In this document: positions 36,181 through 45,506 of the stretch, piece after piece
Numbering within the stretch: the stretch's first letter is position 1
How the letters are laid out: each line of letters starts with the position of its first letter
NCBI GenBank assembly: GCA_051876355.1
Contig: JBJEHU010000006.1
Location: 94,742-158,741 of the forward strand
Length of the DNA: 64,000 bases
Source: Atopobiaceae bacterium
GTDB lineage: Bacteria; Actinomycetota; Coriobacteriia; Coriobacteriales; Atopobiaceae
Reading direction: 5' to 3'
Program-made: the position numbers and the translations under genes
The notes under the pieces: model-generated
What the model was told of the DNA's origin: nothing
Seen by the model: only the letters and a program-made list of their open reading frames with translations
Databases searched by the model: none

Positions 36181-37736
36181 GGATAGCGATCGACGGACCG
36201 GCAGGTTCGGGCAAGTCGACAGTCGCGAAGGCGCTGGCGAAGAAGCGCGGACTGACCTATCTCGATACGGGAGCGATGTATCGCGCCTGTGCCCTGCGTG
36301 CAGAGCGCCAGGGCGTCGACTTCACAGATCCTTCCGCCCTTGCTGCCTGTGCAAAGGAAGCGAAGATTTCGTTCGGCCCCTTTGCCGAGAAGACGCAGGT
36401 CTTCCTCGACGGAGAGGACGTGAGCGATGCAATCCGCACGGCAGAGGTCGACCGCGATGTCTCTGTCGTGGCCGGCATCCCAGAGATCCGCAAGGACATG
36501 GTTGCCCGCCAGCAGGCGCTGGGTGCCTCTGGCGATGTCGTGGCCGAAGGAAGGGACATCGGCACGGTCGTCTTCCCTGACGCCGAGGTCAAGGTCTTCC
36601 TTGTCGCGAATGCCGAGGCCAGGGCACACCGCCGCGCTGTCGAGCGTGCGGGTGGCGATATGGCAAAAGGCGAGACCGTCTCGGTCGATCCTGCAAATGA
36701 AGAGGCGATTCTCAAGGACATGGCACGCCGCGACAAGGCAGACTCGTCGCGTGCCTCGTTCAAGCTCGAACCGGCGCCGGGTGCCGTGACGATCGATTCG
36801 TCGGACATGACCGTCGAGGAAGTCGTGGACAGGATCTCCTCCCTCATGGACGAAGCAGCAGCCAAGGCAAAGGCCTCAGAGGCTCCTGCCGAAGAAGCCG
36901 CTGCTGTCCCCGCAGAGAAGAAGGCTCCTGCCAAGGAGGAAGCACCTGCAAGGACGGCAGAGACGAAGCCGAAGGCAAAGACGCCGAAGCAGGCTGAGCC
37001 CATGAAGGCATTCCACAGGATTCCTGCGGAAGACTACTACGAGCATCCGATGCGCCAGTTCCCGTGGCCCTCGCGTGCCTGGCTGGCAATCTCGATGACA
37101 GGTGCCTGGATCTGGACAAAGATCTTCTTCCCATGGAAGATTGAAGAGGCCGAAAAGCTCTGGGGCGACTGGAAGCCTGGCGACAAGGGCCGTGTCATCG
37201 TAATGAACCATGTCTCCATGCTCGACCCAGTCGTCGTTGCCATTGCCCTCTACCATCACCACATCAGGACCCGCCCGATCTCGAAGAGCGAGTTCGACAA
37301 GAACGGCTTCGTCCACTGGGCGTTCTCCCGCTACGGCTGCATTCCGGTCGTGCGCGGCACAGCCGACGTGAAGGCTATCCGCCGTGCACAGCGAGCGCTC
37401 GAAGCAGGGGACTGGGTGCTCATCTTCCCGGAAGGCACCCGCATCAAGACAGACGACCAGCCGGTCACGATTCACGGCGGCTTTGCCCTCATCGCCCAGA
37501 TGGCACGTACGTCCGTGCAGCCGCTGGCCATTGTCGGTGCCCGCGACATCACGCCGAAGGGCAAGCACTTCCCGCGCCCGAAGCGTGTCTTCATGAAGGC
37601 AGGAGACCCGATCGAGTTCTCCTCCCTCGGCGTCAAGAAGCGCAAGGAGCAGATTGCCGCGATGGAGAAGGTCTCGATGGAGAAGGTGTACGAGCTCAGA
37701 GATGAGCTGCGCCAGGAACATCCGGGGAAGATGTAG
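36177..37736 (+). CDS. cmk: Fusion protein: cytidylate kinase (N-terminal) + 1-acyl-sn-glycerol-3-phosphate acyltransferase PlsC-like (C-terminal)
   Basis: N-terminal part: IAIDGPAGSGKSTVAKALA, LDTGAMYRA and GRDIGTVVFPDA. Residues about 226-275: an A/P/E/K-rich linker. C-terminal part: the acyltransferase HX4D box VMNHVSMLDP and FPEGTR. Single uninterrupted 519-codon frame. Confidence 0.85.
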   Translation: MRIAIDGPAGSGKSTVAKALAKKRGLTYLDTGAMYRACALRAERQGVDFTDPSALAACAKEAKISFGPFAEKTQVFLDGEDVSDAIRTAEVDRDVSVVAGIPEIRKDMVARQQALGASGDVVAEGRDIGTVVFPDAEVKVFLVANAEARAHRRAVERAGGDMAKGETVSVDPANEEAILKDMARRDKADSSRASFKLEPAPGAVTIDSSDMTVEEVVDRISSLMDEAAAKAKASEAPAEEAAAVPAEKKAPAKEEAPARTAETKPKAKTPKQAEPMKAFHRIPAEDYYEHPMRQFPWPSRAWLAISMTGAWIWTKIFFPWKIEEAEKLWGDWKPGDKGRVIVMNHVSMLDPVVVAIALYHHHIRTRPISKSEFDKNGFVHWAFSRYGCIPVVRGTADVKAIRRAQRALEAGDWVLIFPEGTRIKTDDQPVTIHGGFALIAQMARTSVQPLAIVGARDITPKGKHFPRPKRVFMKAGDPIEFSSLGVKKRKEQIAAMEKVSMEKVYELRDELRQEHPGKM

Positions 37737-37737
37737 G

Positions 37738-38598
37738 ATGGCGAGAGTCGAGATAGCGGCAGAGGCAGGCATGTGCTTCGGCGTGGCCCGTGCCCTCGAG
37801 CTAGCAGAGAAGGCGGCTCATGAGGTCAAGGGACCTGTGAAGACGCTCGGGCCTCTGATCCACAACCCGAAGGTCGTTTCGGAGCTCGAGGCGGAGGGCG
37901 TCGGTGTCGCCGATTCCCCTGTTCAGGAGAAGGGCTCGACGCTCATCATCCGTGCCCACGGCGTCGTGCCTGAAGCATTTGAAGAGGCAAAGGCAGCAGG
38001 CGTCAATGTGGTCGATGCGACCTGCCCCTATGTCCAGAAGGTGCACCACCTTGCAGAGCAGCTTTCGCGCGAGGGCTACAAGGTCCTGGTCCTGGGCGAG
38101 CGCGGGCATGCCGAGGTCGAAGGGACGCTCGGCCATGCACCGGGAGCGCTTGTCGTGAATAGCGCGGACGATGTCCGGGAAGCATATGAGAACTGCCAGC
38201 TCTCCCGCCGTGTCGGCCTCGTCGTCCAGACGACGCAGACAAAGGCGCGTCTCGAGGAGGTCGTCTCTGCGCTTGCTCCGATCACGGAGGAGCTCCGCGT
38301 CTACAACACGATCTGCGAGGCGACGGAGCGGCGCCAGAAGGCTGCGGCCGAGCTTGCCGAACGCGCCGATGCGATGATCGTGATCGGCGGCCGCAACTCG
38401 GCAAATACCACGCATCTTGCGGAGATTTGTTCGGATAGGTGTCCGAGAACGTATCATATCGAAGATGTGTCTGAGCTCGAGGGCTCCTGGCTCGCCGGTG
38501 CTTCCACCATCGGCATCGCAGCAGGCGCCTCGACGCCCCAGAAGCAGATAGATGCCGTGCGTGCAAGGATAGAGGAGCTCGCCGGCGAAGATAGCTAG
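37738..38598 (+). CDS. ispH: 4-hydroxy-3-methylbut-2-enyl diphosphate reductase
   Basis: AGMCFGVARAL, ATCPYVQKVH, LIIRAHGV and IGGRNSANTTHL. ATG 37738 sits directly after the cmk-plsC stop. Confidence 0.9.
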   Translation: MARVEIAAEAGMCFGVARALELAEKAAHEVKGPVKTLGPLIHNPKVVSELEAEGVGVADSPVQEKGSTLIIRAHGVVPEAFEEAKAAGVNVVDATCPYVQKVHHLAEQLSREGYKVLVLGERGHAEVEGTLGHAPGALVVNSADDVREAYENCQLSRRVGLVVQTTQTKARLEEVVSALAPITEELRVYNTICEATERRQKAAAELAERADAMIVIGGRNSANTTHLAEICSDRCPRTYHIEDVSELEGSWLAGASTIGIAAGASTPQKQIDAVRARIEELAGEDS

Positions 38599-38630
38599 CG
38601 AGGCGCGCAGCGCGCGCTTAAGGAGTGAAT

Positions 38631-39962
38631 ATGGGAAAGCCGATCGTCGCTGTCGTAGGGCGCCCGAATGTGGGCAAGTCGACCCTCGTCAACCGCATCG
38701 CACTGAAGCGCGATGCAATCGTCCATGAGTCCCGCGGCGTCACGCGCGACCGTTCCTATCATGAGGCAGACTGGGCAGGCCATGACTTCGTGCTCGTCGA
38801 TACCGGCGGCATCGAGTCCGTGAAGTCGAAGGACGTGTTTGCCCCCGGCATCCGCGAGCAGGCACTCACGGCCTGCGAGGAAGCCGATGCTATCGTCTTC
38901 GTCGTCGATGCCACGACCGGCGTCACGGACGAGGACGAGGAAGTGGCACGCATCCTCCGGAAGAGTGACAAGCCCGTCTTCCTTGTCTGCAACAAGTGCG
39001 ACAACCCGGCAAACGAGCCGGATCTCTGGGAGTTCTATTCTCTCGGCGTCGGCGAGCCGAGGCCGCTCTCTGCGTCCCATGGCCTCGGCACGGGTGATCT
39101 CCTCGACGATATCGTGGCAGTCTTCCCTGAAGACGATGGCCAGACATCCGAGGAAGAAGACGACGGGACGCTTAAGATCGCCCTCATCGGACGTCCGAAT
39201 GTCGGCAAATCGTCGATCACGAATGACCTCATCGGCAAGAAGCGCTCGATCGTCTCCGATGTGGCCGGCACGACCCGCGATGCAATCGACACGGTCGTCG
39301 AGCATGACGGGAAGAAGTACCGCCTCATCGATACGGCCGGCATGCGCAAGAAGAACCTCGTACACGAGGACGTCGAGTACTACTCCTATGTCCGTGGCCT
39401 TCAGGCAATCGACCGTGCCGATGTCGCCCTCATCGTCGTCGATGCGACCGAGGGCGTGACGGAGCAGGACCAGAAGGTCGCCGAGATGGCTATCGAGCGC
39501 GGCTGCGCCATTGCGGTCCTCCTCAACAAGTGGGACCTCATGAAGGATGACCACGCACGCGACGAAGCGCTCCGAACGATCCAGCAGCGTCTTGCATTCA
39601 TGCCTTGGGCGCCCTATCTCCGTGTCTCTGCCAAGACCGGCCGCTCTATCGACAAGATCTTGGCGCTTGCCGACAAGGTGCAGGAAGCGCGCACGATCCA
39701 TATCCCGACGTCGAAGCTCAACAACCTCATGGAGCGCCTGCGCGAGACCGGCTACACGGTCGTGCACAAGAACCAGCGCCTCAAGGTCAACTACGTCACG
39801 CAGACCGGCTACCAGCCGCCCGTCTTCACGCTGTTCTGCAACAGCCCCGAGCTCGTGAACGACAACTACCGCCGCTTCATCGAGAACCGCCTGCGCGACG
39901 AGTTCGAGCTCGAGGGAACGCCGATTCGCCTGAACTTCAGAAGGAAGGAAGCCCAGAAATGA
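38631..39962 (+). CDS. der: Ribosome biogenesis GTPase Der (EngA), tandem GTPase domains
   Basis: GRPNVGKST occurs twice, with DTGG/DTAG and NKCD/NKWD, plus a C-terminal KH-like domain. AAGGAG RBS before ATG 38631. Confidence 0.95.
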   Translation: MGKPIVAVVGRPNVGKSTLVNRIALKRDAIVHESRGVTRDRSYHEADWAGHDFVLVDTGGIESVKSKDVFAPGIREQALTACEEADAIVFVVDATTGVTDEDEEVARILRKSDKPVFLVCNKCDNPANEPDLWEFYSLGVGEPRPLSASHGLGTGDLLDDIVAVFPEDDGQTSEEEDDGTLKIALIGRPNVGKSSITNDLIGKKRSIVSDVAGTTRDAIDTVVEHDGKKYRLIDTAGMRKKNLVHEDVEYYSYVRGLQAIDRADVALIVVDATEGVTEQDQKVAEMAIERGCAIAVLLNKWDLMKDDHARDEALRTIQQRLAFMPWAPYLRVSAKTGRSIDKILALADKVQEARTIHIPTSKLNNLMERLRETGYTVVHKNQRLKVNYVTQTGYQPPVFTLFCNSPELVNDNYRRFIENRLRDEFELEGTPIRLNFRRKEAQK

Positions 39963-40636
39963 TCGATGCCGGAGGATACTGCCTGCTTCTCGTCGCGGCT
40001 GTCGTGACGTACTTCGTCTGCGGCATCCCGTTCGGCCTCCTCATCGCTTCGAAGGAGGGGCACATCGACGTGCGCAAGGTCGGCTCGGGCAATATCGGCA
40101 CGACGAATGTCGCCCGCTCGGTCGGCGCAAAGGCCGGCGGCCTCACGCTCCTGCTCGATGCGCTCAAGGGCTTCCTCTCGACGCTCATCTGGCAGCAGGT
40201 GTTCTGCGCCGTGCTGTTCGGAGGCAACGCTTCGCTCGTGGCACCGGCAGGACCTTATGGGTGGATGGCGTCTGTCATCTTCCTTGCGGCCATCTGCGGC
40301 CATGTCTTCTCGCCCTATCTCCACTTCCATGGCGGGAAGGGCATCGCTGTCGGCTTCGGTGCGGCGCTCGGCTATATGCCGGCTGTTGCTTTCGGCCTGC
40401 TTCTTGTCTTCGTCGTCTTCGCCGTGCCGTCGCGCTATGTATCGCTCGGCTCGAGCATGGCAGCCGTGTCGCTTCCTATCTGGGCAGCAGTCACAGGCGC
40501 TGCTCCTGCGACGATCTGGCCGCTTGTCGCGATCACCGTCATCGTCGTCTGGGCACACCGTGGCAACATAAAGAAGCTCGTCCACGGCGAAGAGCGCAAG
40601 TTCTCGTTCCATCATGAGAGCAAGGACGCGAAATGA
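39959..40636 (+). CDS. plsY: Glycerol-3-phosphate acyltransferase PlsY
   Basis: GSGNIGTTNVARS and HFHGGKGIA. ATGA overlap with der. The track ORF (39605) is over-extended. Confidence 0.9.
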   Translation: MIDAGGYCLLLVAAVVTYFVCGIPFGLLIASKEGHIDVRKVGSGNIGTTNVARSVGAKAGGLTLLLDALKGFLSTLIWQQVFCAVLFGGNASLVAPAGPYGWMASVIFLAAICGHVFSPYLHFHGGKGIAVGFGAALGYMPAVAFGLLLVFVVFAVPSRYVSLGSSMAAVSLPIWAAVTGAAPATIWPLVAITVIVVWAHRGNIKKLVHGEERKFSFHHESKDAK

Positions 40637-41634
40637 AGGTCGCCGTCATAGGCCTCGGCTCCTGGGGCACGGCGGCTGCCGGGCTCGTGTCGCTCCATGC
40701 CGATGAGGTCATGGGCTGGGCACATTCGGAGGCGGTCGCTTCCGGCATCGAGCGCGACCACAGGAACCCGCGCTACCTTTCTGGCTATGCGCTGCCGGAA
40801 AACGTCCATGCGACGACCTCTCTGGCCACATGCGTGAAGGATGCCGATGCGGCGCTCATCGTCGTGCCATCCTCGCACCTCGCGAAGGTGTCAGCCGATC
40901 TGGCAGCGCTTGTGCCGGACGATATGCCGCTCCTCGTGCTCACGAAGGGCATGGAAGAGGAGACCGGCCGGCTCATGACGGAAGTCGTCGGGGATGCGGT
41001 CGGACACCCCGAACGCATTGCCTGCCTCTCCGGCCCGAACCATGCTGAGGAAATCTGCCTCGGCAAGGTCTCTGCTGCCGTCATCGCTTCCACCGCGCCT
41101 GCGTGCGCTGCCTTCTTCCAGAAGCTCATGGTGAGCCCGAGCTTCCGTGCCTATGTGTCGGACGATCTTGTCGGCGTCGAGGTCTCCGGTGCCGTCAAGA
41201 ACGTTATAGCAATCGCCTGCGGCTGCGCGGTCGGCCTCGATGCCGGCGACAACACGCTTGCCGTGCTCATGACAAGAGGGCTTGCAGAGATCAGCCGCAT
41301 CGTGGCTGCGCTCGGCGGAAACCCGCTTACCTGCATGGGGCTTGCCGGCATGGGCGACCTCGTCGCGACGTGCACGTCCGAGCATTCGAGGAACCGGACG
41401 TTCGGCGAAGGGTTCGTGCGTGGCGAGAGCCTCGAAGCCTACGAGGCCCGCACCCATATGGTCGTCGAGGGTGCGCGTGCTGCCAAGAGCGTCTGGGAGC
41501 TCTGTTGTGAAAAGGGCATCGAGGCACCCATAACCTCGGCCGTTCACGCTATCCTGTATGAAGGAACACCAGTAGATGCAGCCATTGCAACGCTTCTGGG
41601 AAGAAATCCCCATGTGGAGTTCTACGGGCTGTAG
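40633..41634 (+). CDS. gpsA: NAD(P)H-dependent glycerol-3-phosphate dehydrogenase
   Basis: VIGLGSWGTA, GAVKNVIAIACG and GMGDLVATCTS. ATGA overlap with plsY. Confidence 0.95.
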   Translation: MKVAVIGLGSWGTAAAGLVSLHADEVMGWAHSEAVASGIERDHRNPRYLSGYALPENVHATTSLATCVKDADAALIVVPSSHLAKVSADLAALVPDDMPLLVLTKGMEEETGRLMTEVVGDAVGHPERIACLSGPNHAEEICLGKVSAAVIASTAPACAAFFQKLMVSPSFRAYVSDDLVGVEVSGAVKNVIAIACGCAVGLDAGDNTLAVLMTRGLAEISRIVAALGGNPLTCMGLAGMGDLVATCTSEHSRNRTFGEGFVRGESLEAYEARTHMVVEGARAAKSVWELCCEKGIEAPITSAVHAILYEGTPVDAAIATLLGRNPHVEFYGL

Positions 41635-41654
41635 CGCAAGAGAATAGGGGCGGC

Positions 41655-42332
41655 ATGCTCGACGAGATCGGAATCGCTCCGTCTATCCTTTCGGCCGATC
41701 TGATGGATCTGGGCCATGAGGTGAAGACGGTTGCTGGGGCCCGCTATATCCATTTCGATGTGATGGATGGCGTGTTCGTGCCTGAAATCTCCTATGGGCA
41801 TCCGGTGCTCAGGGCCTTGAAGAAGGCCACGGATACGCCCGTCGATGTCCACCTGATGATCTCGAATCCGGACGAGGAGGTCGCCTCGTATCTCGAGGCT
41901 GGCGCCGATATGGTTTCGTTCCATATCGAATGCGCAAAGCATGCACAGCGCATCGTCGACGAGATCCATGCAGCCGGAAAGCTTGCCGGTGTCGCAATCA
42001 ACCCGGGGACCTCTGTCTATGCGCTCGATTCGCTCCTTGCGACGGTCGATATGGTCCTCGTGATGTCGGTGAACCCGGGATTCGGCGGACAAAAGTTCAT
42101 CCCTGAGACGCCGGAGAAGATCCGTACGGTGCTGCGCCTTGCCGAGGCCCATGGGGCGCATCCTCTGATCGAGGTCGATGGAGGCATCTCGCAGAAGACG
42201 GCAGGGCTCGTCGCTGCCGCAGGTGCACGTCTTCTTGTGGCAGGAAGTGCCATCTTCAAGGCAGAAGACCGCCAGCGTGCAATGGCAGAGATTGCCGAGG
42301 CTGCTGAGGCCGGGCTCGGCAGGAAAGCGTGA
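41655..42332 (+). CDS. rpe: Ribulose-phosphate 3-epimerase
   Basis: IAPSILSADL, HFDVMDG, VDVHLM, MSVNPGFGGQKF and VDGGI. Confidence 0.95.
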   Translation: MLDEIGIAPSILSADLMDLGHEVKTVAGARYIHFDVMDGVFVPEISYGHPVLRALKKATDTPVDVHLMISNPDEEVASYLEAGADMVSFHIECAKHAQRIVDEIHAAGKLAGVAINPGTSVYALDSLLATVDMVLVMSVNPGFGGQKFIPETPEKIRTVLRLAEAHGAHPLIEVDGGISQKTAGLVAAAGARLLVAGSAIFKAEDRQRAMAEIAEAAEAGLGRKA

Positions 42333-42346
42333 AGCGGCAGATACCT

Positions 42347-43510
42347 ATGAATTCATACGTCTATCTCGACTATGCCGCCTCGGCTCCGATGGGGCCCGAG
42401 GCGAAGGCAGCAGAGGCTGCCTATGCGGAGGCACCCTATGCCGGTGCCAATCCGAACTCGCTCCATACGCTCGGACGCGAGGCTGCCGTGGCGCTCGAAG
42501 GCGCACGACGCACCATCGCAAAGGCGCTCGGCGGCGGCTTCCGTCCCGGCGAGATTGTCTTCACGTCGGGCGGCACGGAGTCGAACAATCTTGCCCTCTA
42601 CGGCATTGCAGAAGGTGCCCGTGCCCGCAACAGGAAGCGTACACGCATCGTCGTATCTGCCATCGAGCATGATTCCGAGCTCGATGTCGTGCCGGCGCTC
42701 AAGGAGCGCGGCTTTGCCGTCACCCTCGTGCGCCCTGGCCGCGATGGCAGGATTGCGCCAGAGGAGCTCGAGCAGGTGGTGGGTGCGGACTGCGCCCTTG
42801 TCTCGGTCATGTCTGCGAACAATGAGACCGGCGTGATTCAGCCGGTCGGCGAGCTTGCAAAGATTGCCCATAGGGCCGGCGCCCTCATGCACACCGATGC
42901 CGTGCAGGCATTCGGGCGCATCCCGCTCGAGATCGATGAATGCGACGCCGTGAGCATCGCCGCCCACAAGATCGGCGGCCCTGTCGGCATCGGCGCCCTG
43001 GCGATGCGCATGCGCTGCCCGTTCCGTCCCCAGAACTTTGGCGGCGGCCAGGAAGCAGGCAAGCGTCCGGGCACGCAGGACGTGCGGGGAGCGCTTGCGT
43101 TCGCAGCAGCCGCAAAGGCGCAGTGCGACCATCTCCAGGAGCGCAGAAGCGCCTGTGCCGCAAAGGCAAACAGGCTCTTCGCGAAGATCTGTGCCCCGGG
43201 CACGGGCATCTTCCCGACGGTCTCTGCCACAATCGACGACACGAGGCTTCCGGGCATGGTGAGCGTCTATGTGCCAAGCCTCGACTCAGAGACCCTGATA
43301 TTGAAGCTCGACCAGAAGGGCTTCGAGGTATCGGCAGGCTCTGCCTGCTCTTCGGGCTCGCTCGACCCGTCCCATGTGCTCTCGGCCATGGGCATCGGCA
43401 GAAATGATGCCTTGGGAGCGCTCAGGATATCGTTCGACGAGCGTGTGGCAGATGAAGACCTCGACCGTTTTGCCGATGCGCTCATCGGCATCGTCAACGC
43501 GAAGAACTAG
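42347..43510 (+). CDS. Cysteine desulfurase (NifS/IscS class V aminotransferase)
   Basis: VYLDYAASAP, TSGGTESNN, the PLP-lysine region SIAAHKIGGP and the catalytic loop SAGSACSS. The ORF is open from GTG 42329, but ATG 42347 fits the usual N-terminus. Confidence 0.85.
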   Translation: MNSYVYLDYAASAPMGPEAKAAEAAYAEAPYAGANPNSLHTLGREAAVALEGARRTIAKALGGGFRPGEIVFTSGGTESNNLALYGIAEGARARNRKRTRIVVSAIEHDSELDVVPALKERGFAVTLVRPGRDGRIAPEELEQVVGADCALVSVMSANNETGVIQPVGELAKIAHRAGALMHTDAVQAFGRIPLEIDECDAVSIAAHKIGGPVGIGALAMRMRCPFRPQNFGGGQEAGKRPGTQDVRGALAFAAAAKAQCDHLQERRSACAAKANRLFAKICAPGTGIFPTVSATIDDTRLPGMVSVYVPSLDSETLILKLDQKGFEVSAGSACSSGSLDPSHVLSAMGIGRNDALGALRISFDERVADEDLDRFADALIGIVNAKN

Positions 43511-43535
43511 CTGGATGAAGGAAAGGCGAGAATCC

Positions 43536-44255
43536 ATGAATGAGGCACAAGCGCTGGTACGTCTGCAGGAGATCGATCTTTCGCTCATCAGGTATGACGG
43601 GGAGATCAGGAAGCTTCCGCAGCTGAAGAAGCTCGCAGCCATCAAGCAGGCACAGAAGAAGCTTGCGCAGGACATGACAAAGATCGTGGGCCAGCGCAAG
43701 GATGCCGAGCTCGAGCTCAAGGACAACGAGGACATGACGGAGCGCCTGAAGCAGCACGAGGAGGAGGTCAAGGCCGAAGCCAACGAGGACGGCCGCACCC
43801 CGCGCGAGCTCCAGGACTATGAGAACCAGCTCACATCGCTCGCAAAGCGCCGCGAGAAGTATGAATACACGCACGAGGGCCTGAAGCAGAACCTCCAGAA
43901 GATGCTCGATGCCGAAGCGCATGCAGGCGAGCTCAAGGTCCGCCTCGACGAGGAGACCGAGAACCAGACCCGTGCCTACCAGGATGTGACGGCAGGCATC
44001 AGGAAGTCCGTCGCAGAACTCACCGAAGAGCGCAAGCGCGTGCTTGGGCATATCTCTCCCGAGATGCAGAAGAAGTACAGCGAGGCATCGACGCGCTTCG
44101 GCGGCCTTGCTGTGGAGACGCTCCATGGGAACAAGCCGTCGATCTGCCGCGTCGCGCTCCAGCCCTCCGACTTCGGCGACATCGCGCGCAAGGGGCAGAT
44201 CTGCGAATGCCCGTACTGCCACCGCATCCTTGTGACCGGCACCGAGGAGGAGTAG
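43536..44255 (+). CDS. Coiled-coil protein with C-terminal C4 zinc ribbon (COG1579-like)
   Basis: Long heptad-rich region and the terminal sequence CRVAL...CECPYCHRIL. The start, ATG 43536, has a GAAGGAAAGG RBS. Confidence 0.7.
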   Translation: MNEAQALVRLQEIDLSLIRYDGEIRKLPQLKKLAAIKQAQKKLAQDMTKIVGQRKDAELELKDNEDMTERLKQHEEEVKAEANEDGRTPRELQDYENQLTSLAKRREKYEYTHEGLKQNLQKMLDAEAHAGELKVRLDEETENQTRAYQDVTAGIRKSVAELTEERKRVLGHISPEMQKKYSEASTRFGGLAVETLHGNKPSICRVALQPSDFGDIARKGQICECPYCHRILVTGTEEE

Positions 44256-45458
44256 ATGGCAGAAAGCAGGCCTTTCCGTGTCCTTCTGCATGTCACGGGC
44301 TGCATTGCGGCCTACAAGGCAGCAGAGGTGCTGAGGCTCCTCCAGAAGGCCGGCTGCGAGGTCCGGGTCGGCATGACCGAGGGCGGCGAGCGTTTCGTCG
44401 GCAAGGCGACGTTCGAAGGCCTTACACGCTATCCCGTGCTCGACGACCTCTTTGCCTTCCCGCCGACAGCGATTCCGCATATCGACAGCGCAGAGTGGGC
44501 CGACCTCCAGCTTGTCTGCCCCTGCACGGCAAACGTGCTCGCAAAGATTGCCCATGGCATGGCAGATGACGCCGTGACGTCGTGCGTGCTTGCAGCGACG
44601 TCTCCTGTGCTCATTGCTCCTGCCATGAACGTGCATATGTGGCGCAATGCTGCGACGCAGGAGAATGTGGAGCTTGCCCGGAAGCATGGCATTGAGGTCA
44701 TGGCTCCTTCGGCGGGACGCCTTGCCTGCGGAGATGTGGGCGAAGGGAAGCTTCCGCCGGTGGAGGAGATTGCCGAGGCAGCACTCCAGGTCCTGAAGAG
44801 GACTGATGAGCTTGCTGGCAGGCGCATCCTCATCACGGCTGGACCGACCCATGAGGCGATAGATCCGGTGCGCTACATCGCGAATGCTTCATCGGGAAAG
44901 ATGGGCTATGCGCTTGCTGCCGAGGCAGCGCGCAGGGGCGCCGCGGTCACGCTCGTCTCGGGACCGGTCAGCCTGAGCACGCCCTATGGAGTGGAACGCA
45001 TAAGCGTCACGAGCGCAGAGGAGATGCATGAGGCAGCGCTTGCAGCTTGGCAGACGTGCGGCATCGCGATCTGCGCGGCTGCTGTCTCTGACTATACGCC
45101 TGCCTCTCCTTCCGGCCACAAGCTCAAGAAGGGCCAGGAGCAGCTTGACACCATCCAGCTCGTCGAGACGAAGGATATCCTTGCCGATCTCGGTGCCACG
45201 AAAGGCGCAAAGGTCGTCTGTGGCTTTGCGGCAGAGACCGGCGATGCAGAGCGCTATGGACGCGACAAGCTCGAGCGCAAGCATGCGAGCATGATCGTCG
45301 CGAATGATATCTCGCGTACGGATTCCACGTTCGGCTCTGACACAGACAAGGTCTCGCTCATCCTGCCAGACGAGACCGTGGAGCTGCCGGTGCTTCCGAA
45401 GACGGAGGTCGCCGCGAAGATCCTGGACAAGATCCAGGAGCTTCTCGAGGAAAGATAG
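44256..45458 (+). CDS. coaBC: Bifunctional phosphopantothenoylcysteine decarboxylase / phosphopantothenate--cysteine ligase
   Basis: Flavoprotein N-terminus (LLHVTGCIAAYKA, PAMNVHMW) and the CoaB part (ITAGPTHEAIDPVRYIANASSGKMG, AAVSDY). Confidence 0.95.
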   Translation: MAESRPFRVLLHVTGCIAAYKAAEVLRLLQKAGCEVRVGMTEGGERFVGKATFEGLTRYPVLDDLFAFPPTAIPHIDSAEWADLQLVCPCTANVLAKIAHGMADDAVTSCVLAATSPVLIAPAMNVHMWRNAATQENVELARKHGIEVMAPSAGRLACGDVGEGKLPPVEEIAEAALQVLKRTDELAGRRILITAGPTHEAIDPVRYIANASSGKMGYALAAEAARRGAAVTLVSGPVSLSTPYGVERISVTSAEEMHEAALAAWQTCGIAICAAAVSDYTPASPSGHKLKKGQEQLDTIQLVETKDILADLGATKGAKVVCGFAAETGDAERYGRDKLERKHASMIVANDISRTDSTFGSDTDKVSLILPDETVELPVLPKTEVAAKILDKIQELLEER

Positions 45459-45462
45459 CCAG

Positions 45463-45486
45463 AGGGCCTCGCCAGAGGCCCTTTTC
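45463..45486 (+). terminator. Probable terminator after coaBC
   Basis: AGGGCCTC / GAGGCCCT stem, GCCA loop, then TTTC. Confidence 0.5.
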
Positions 45487-45506
45487 ATGAAGAGGGATGG
45501 AACGTT

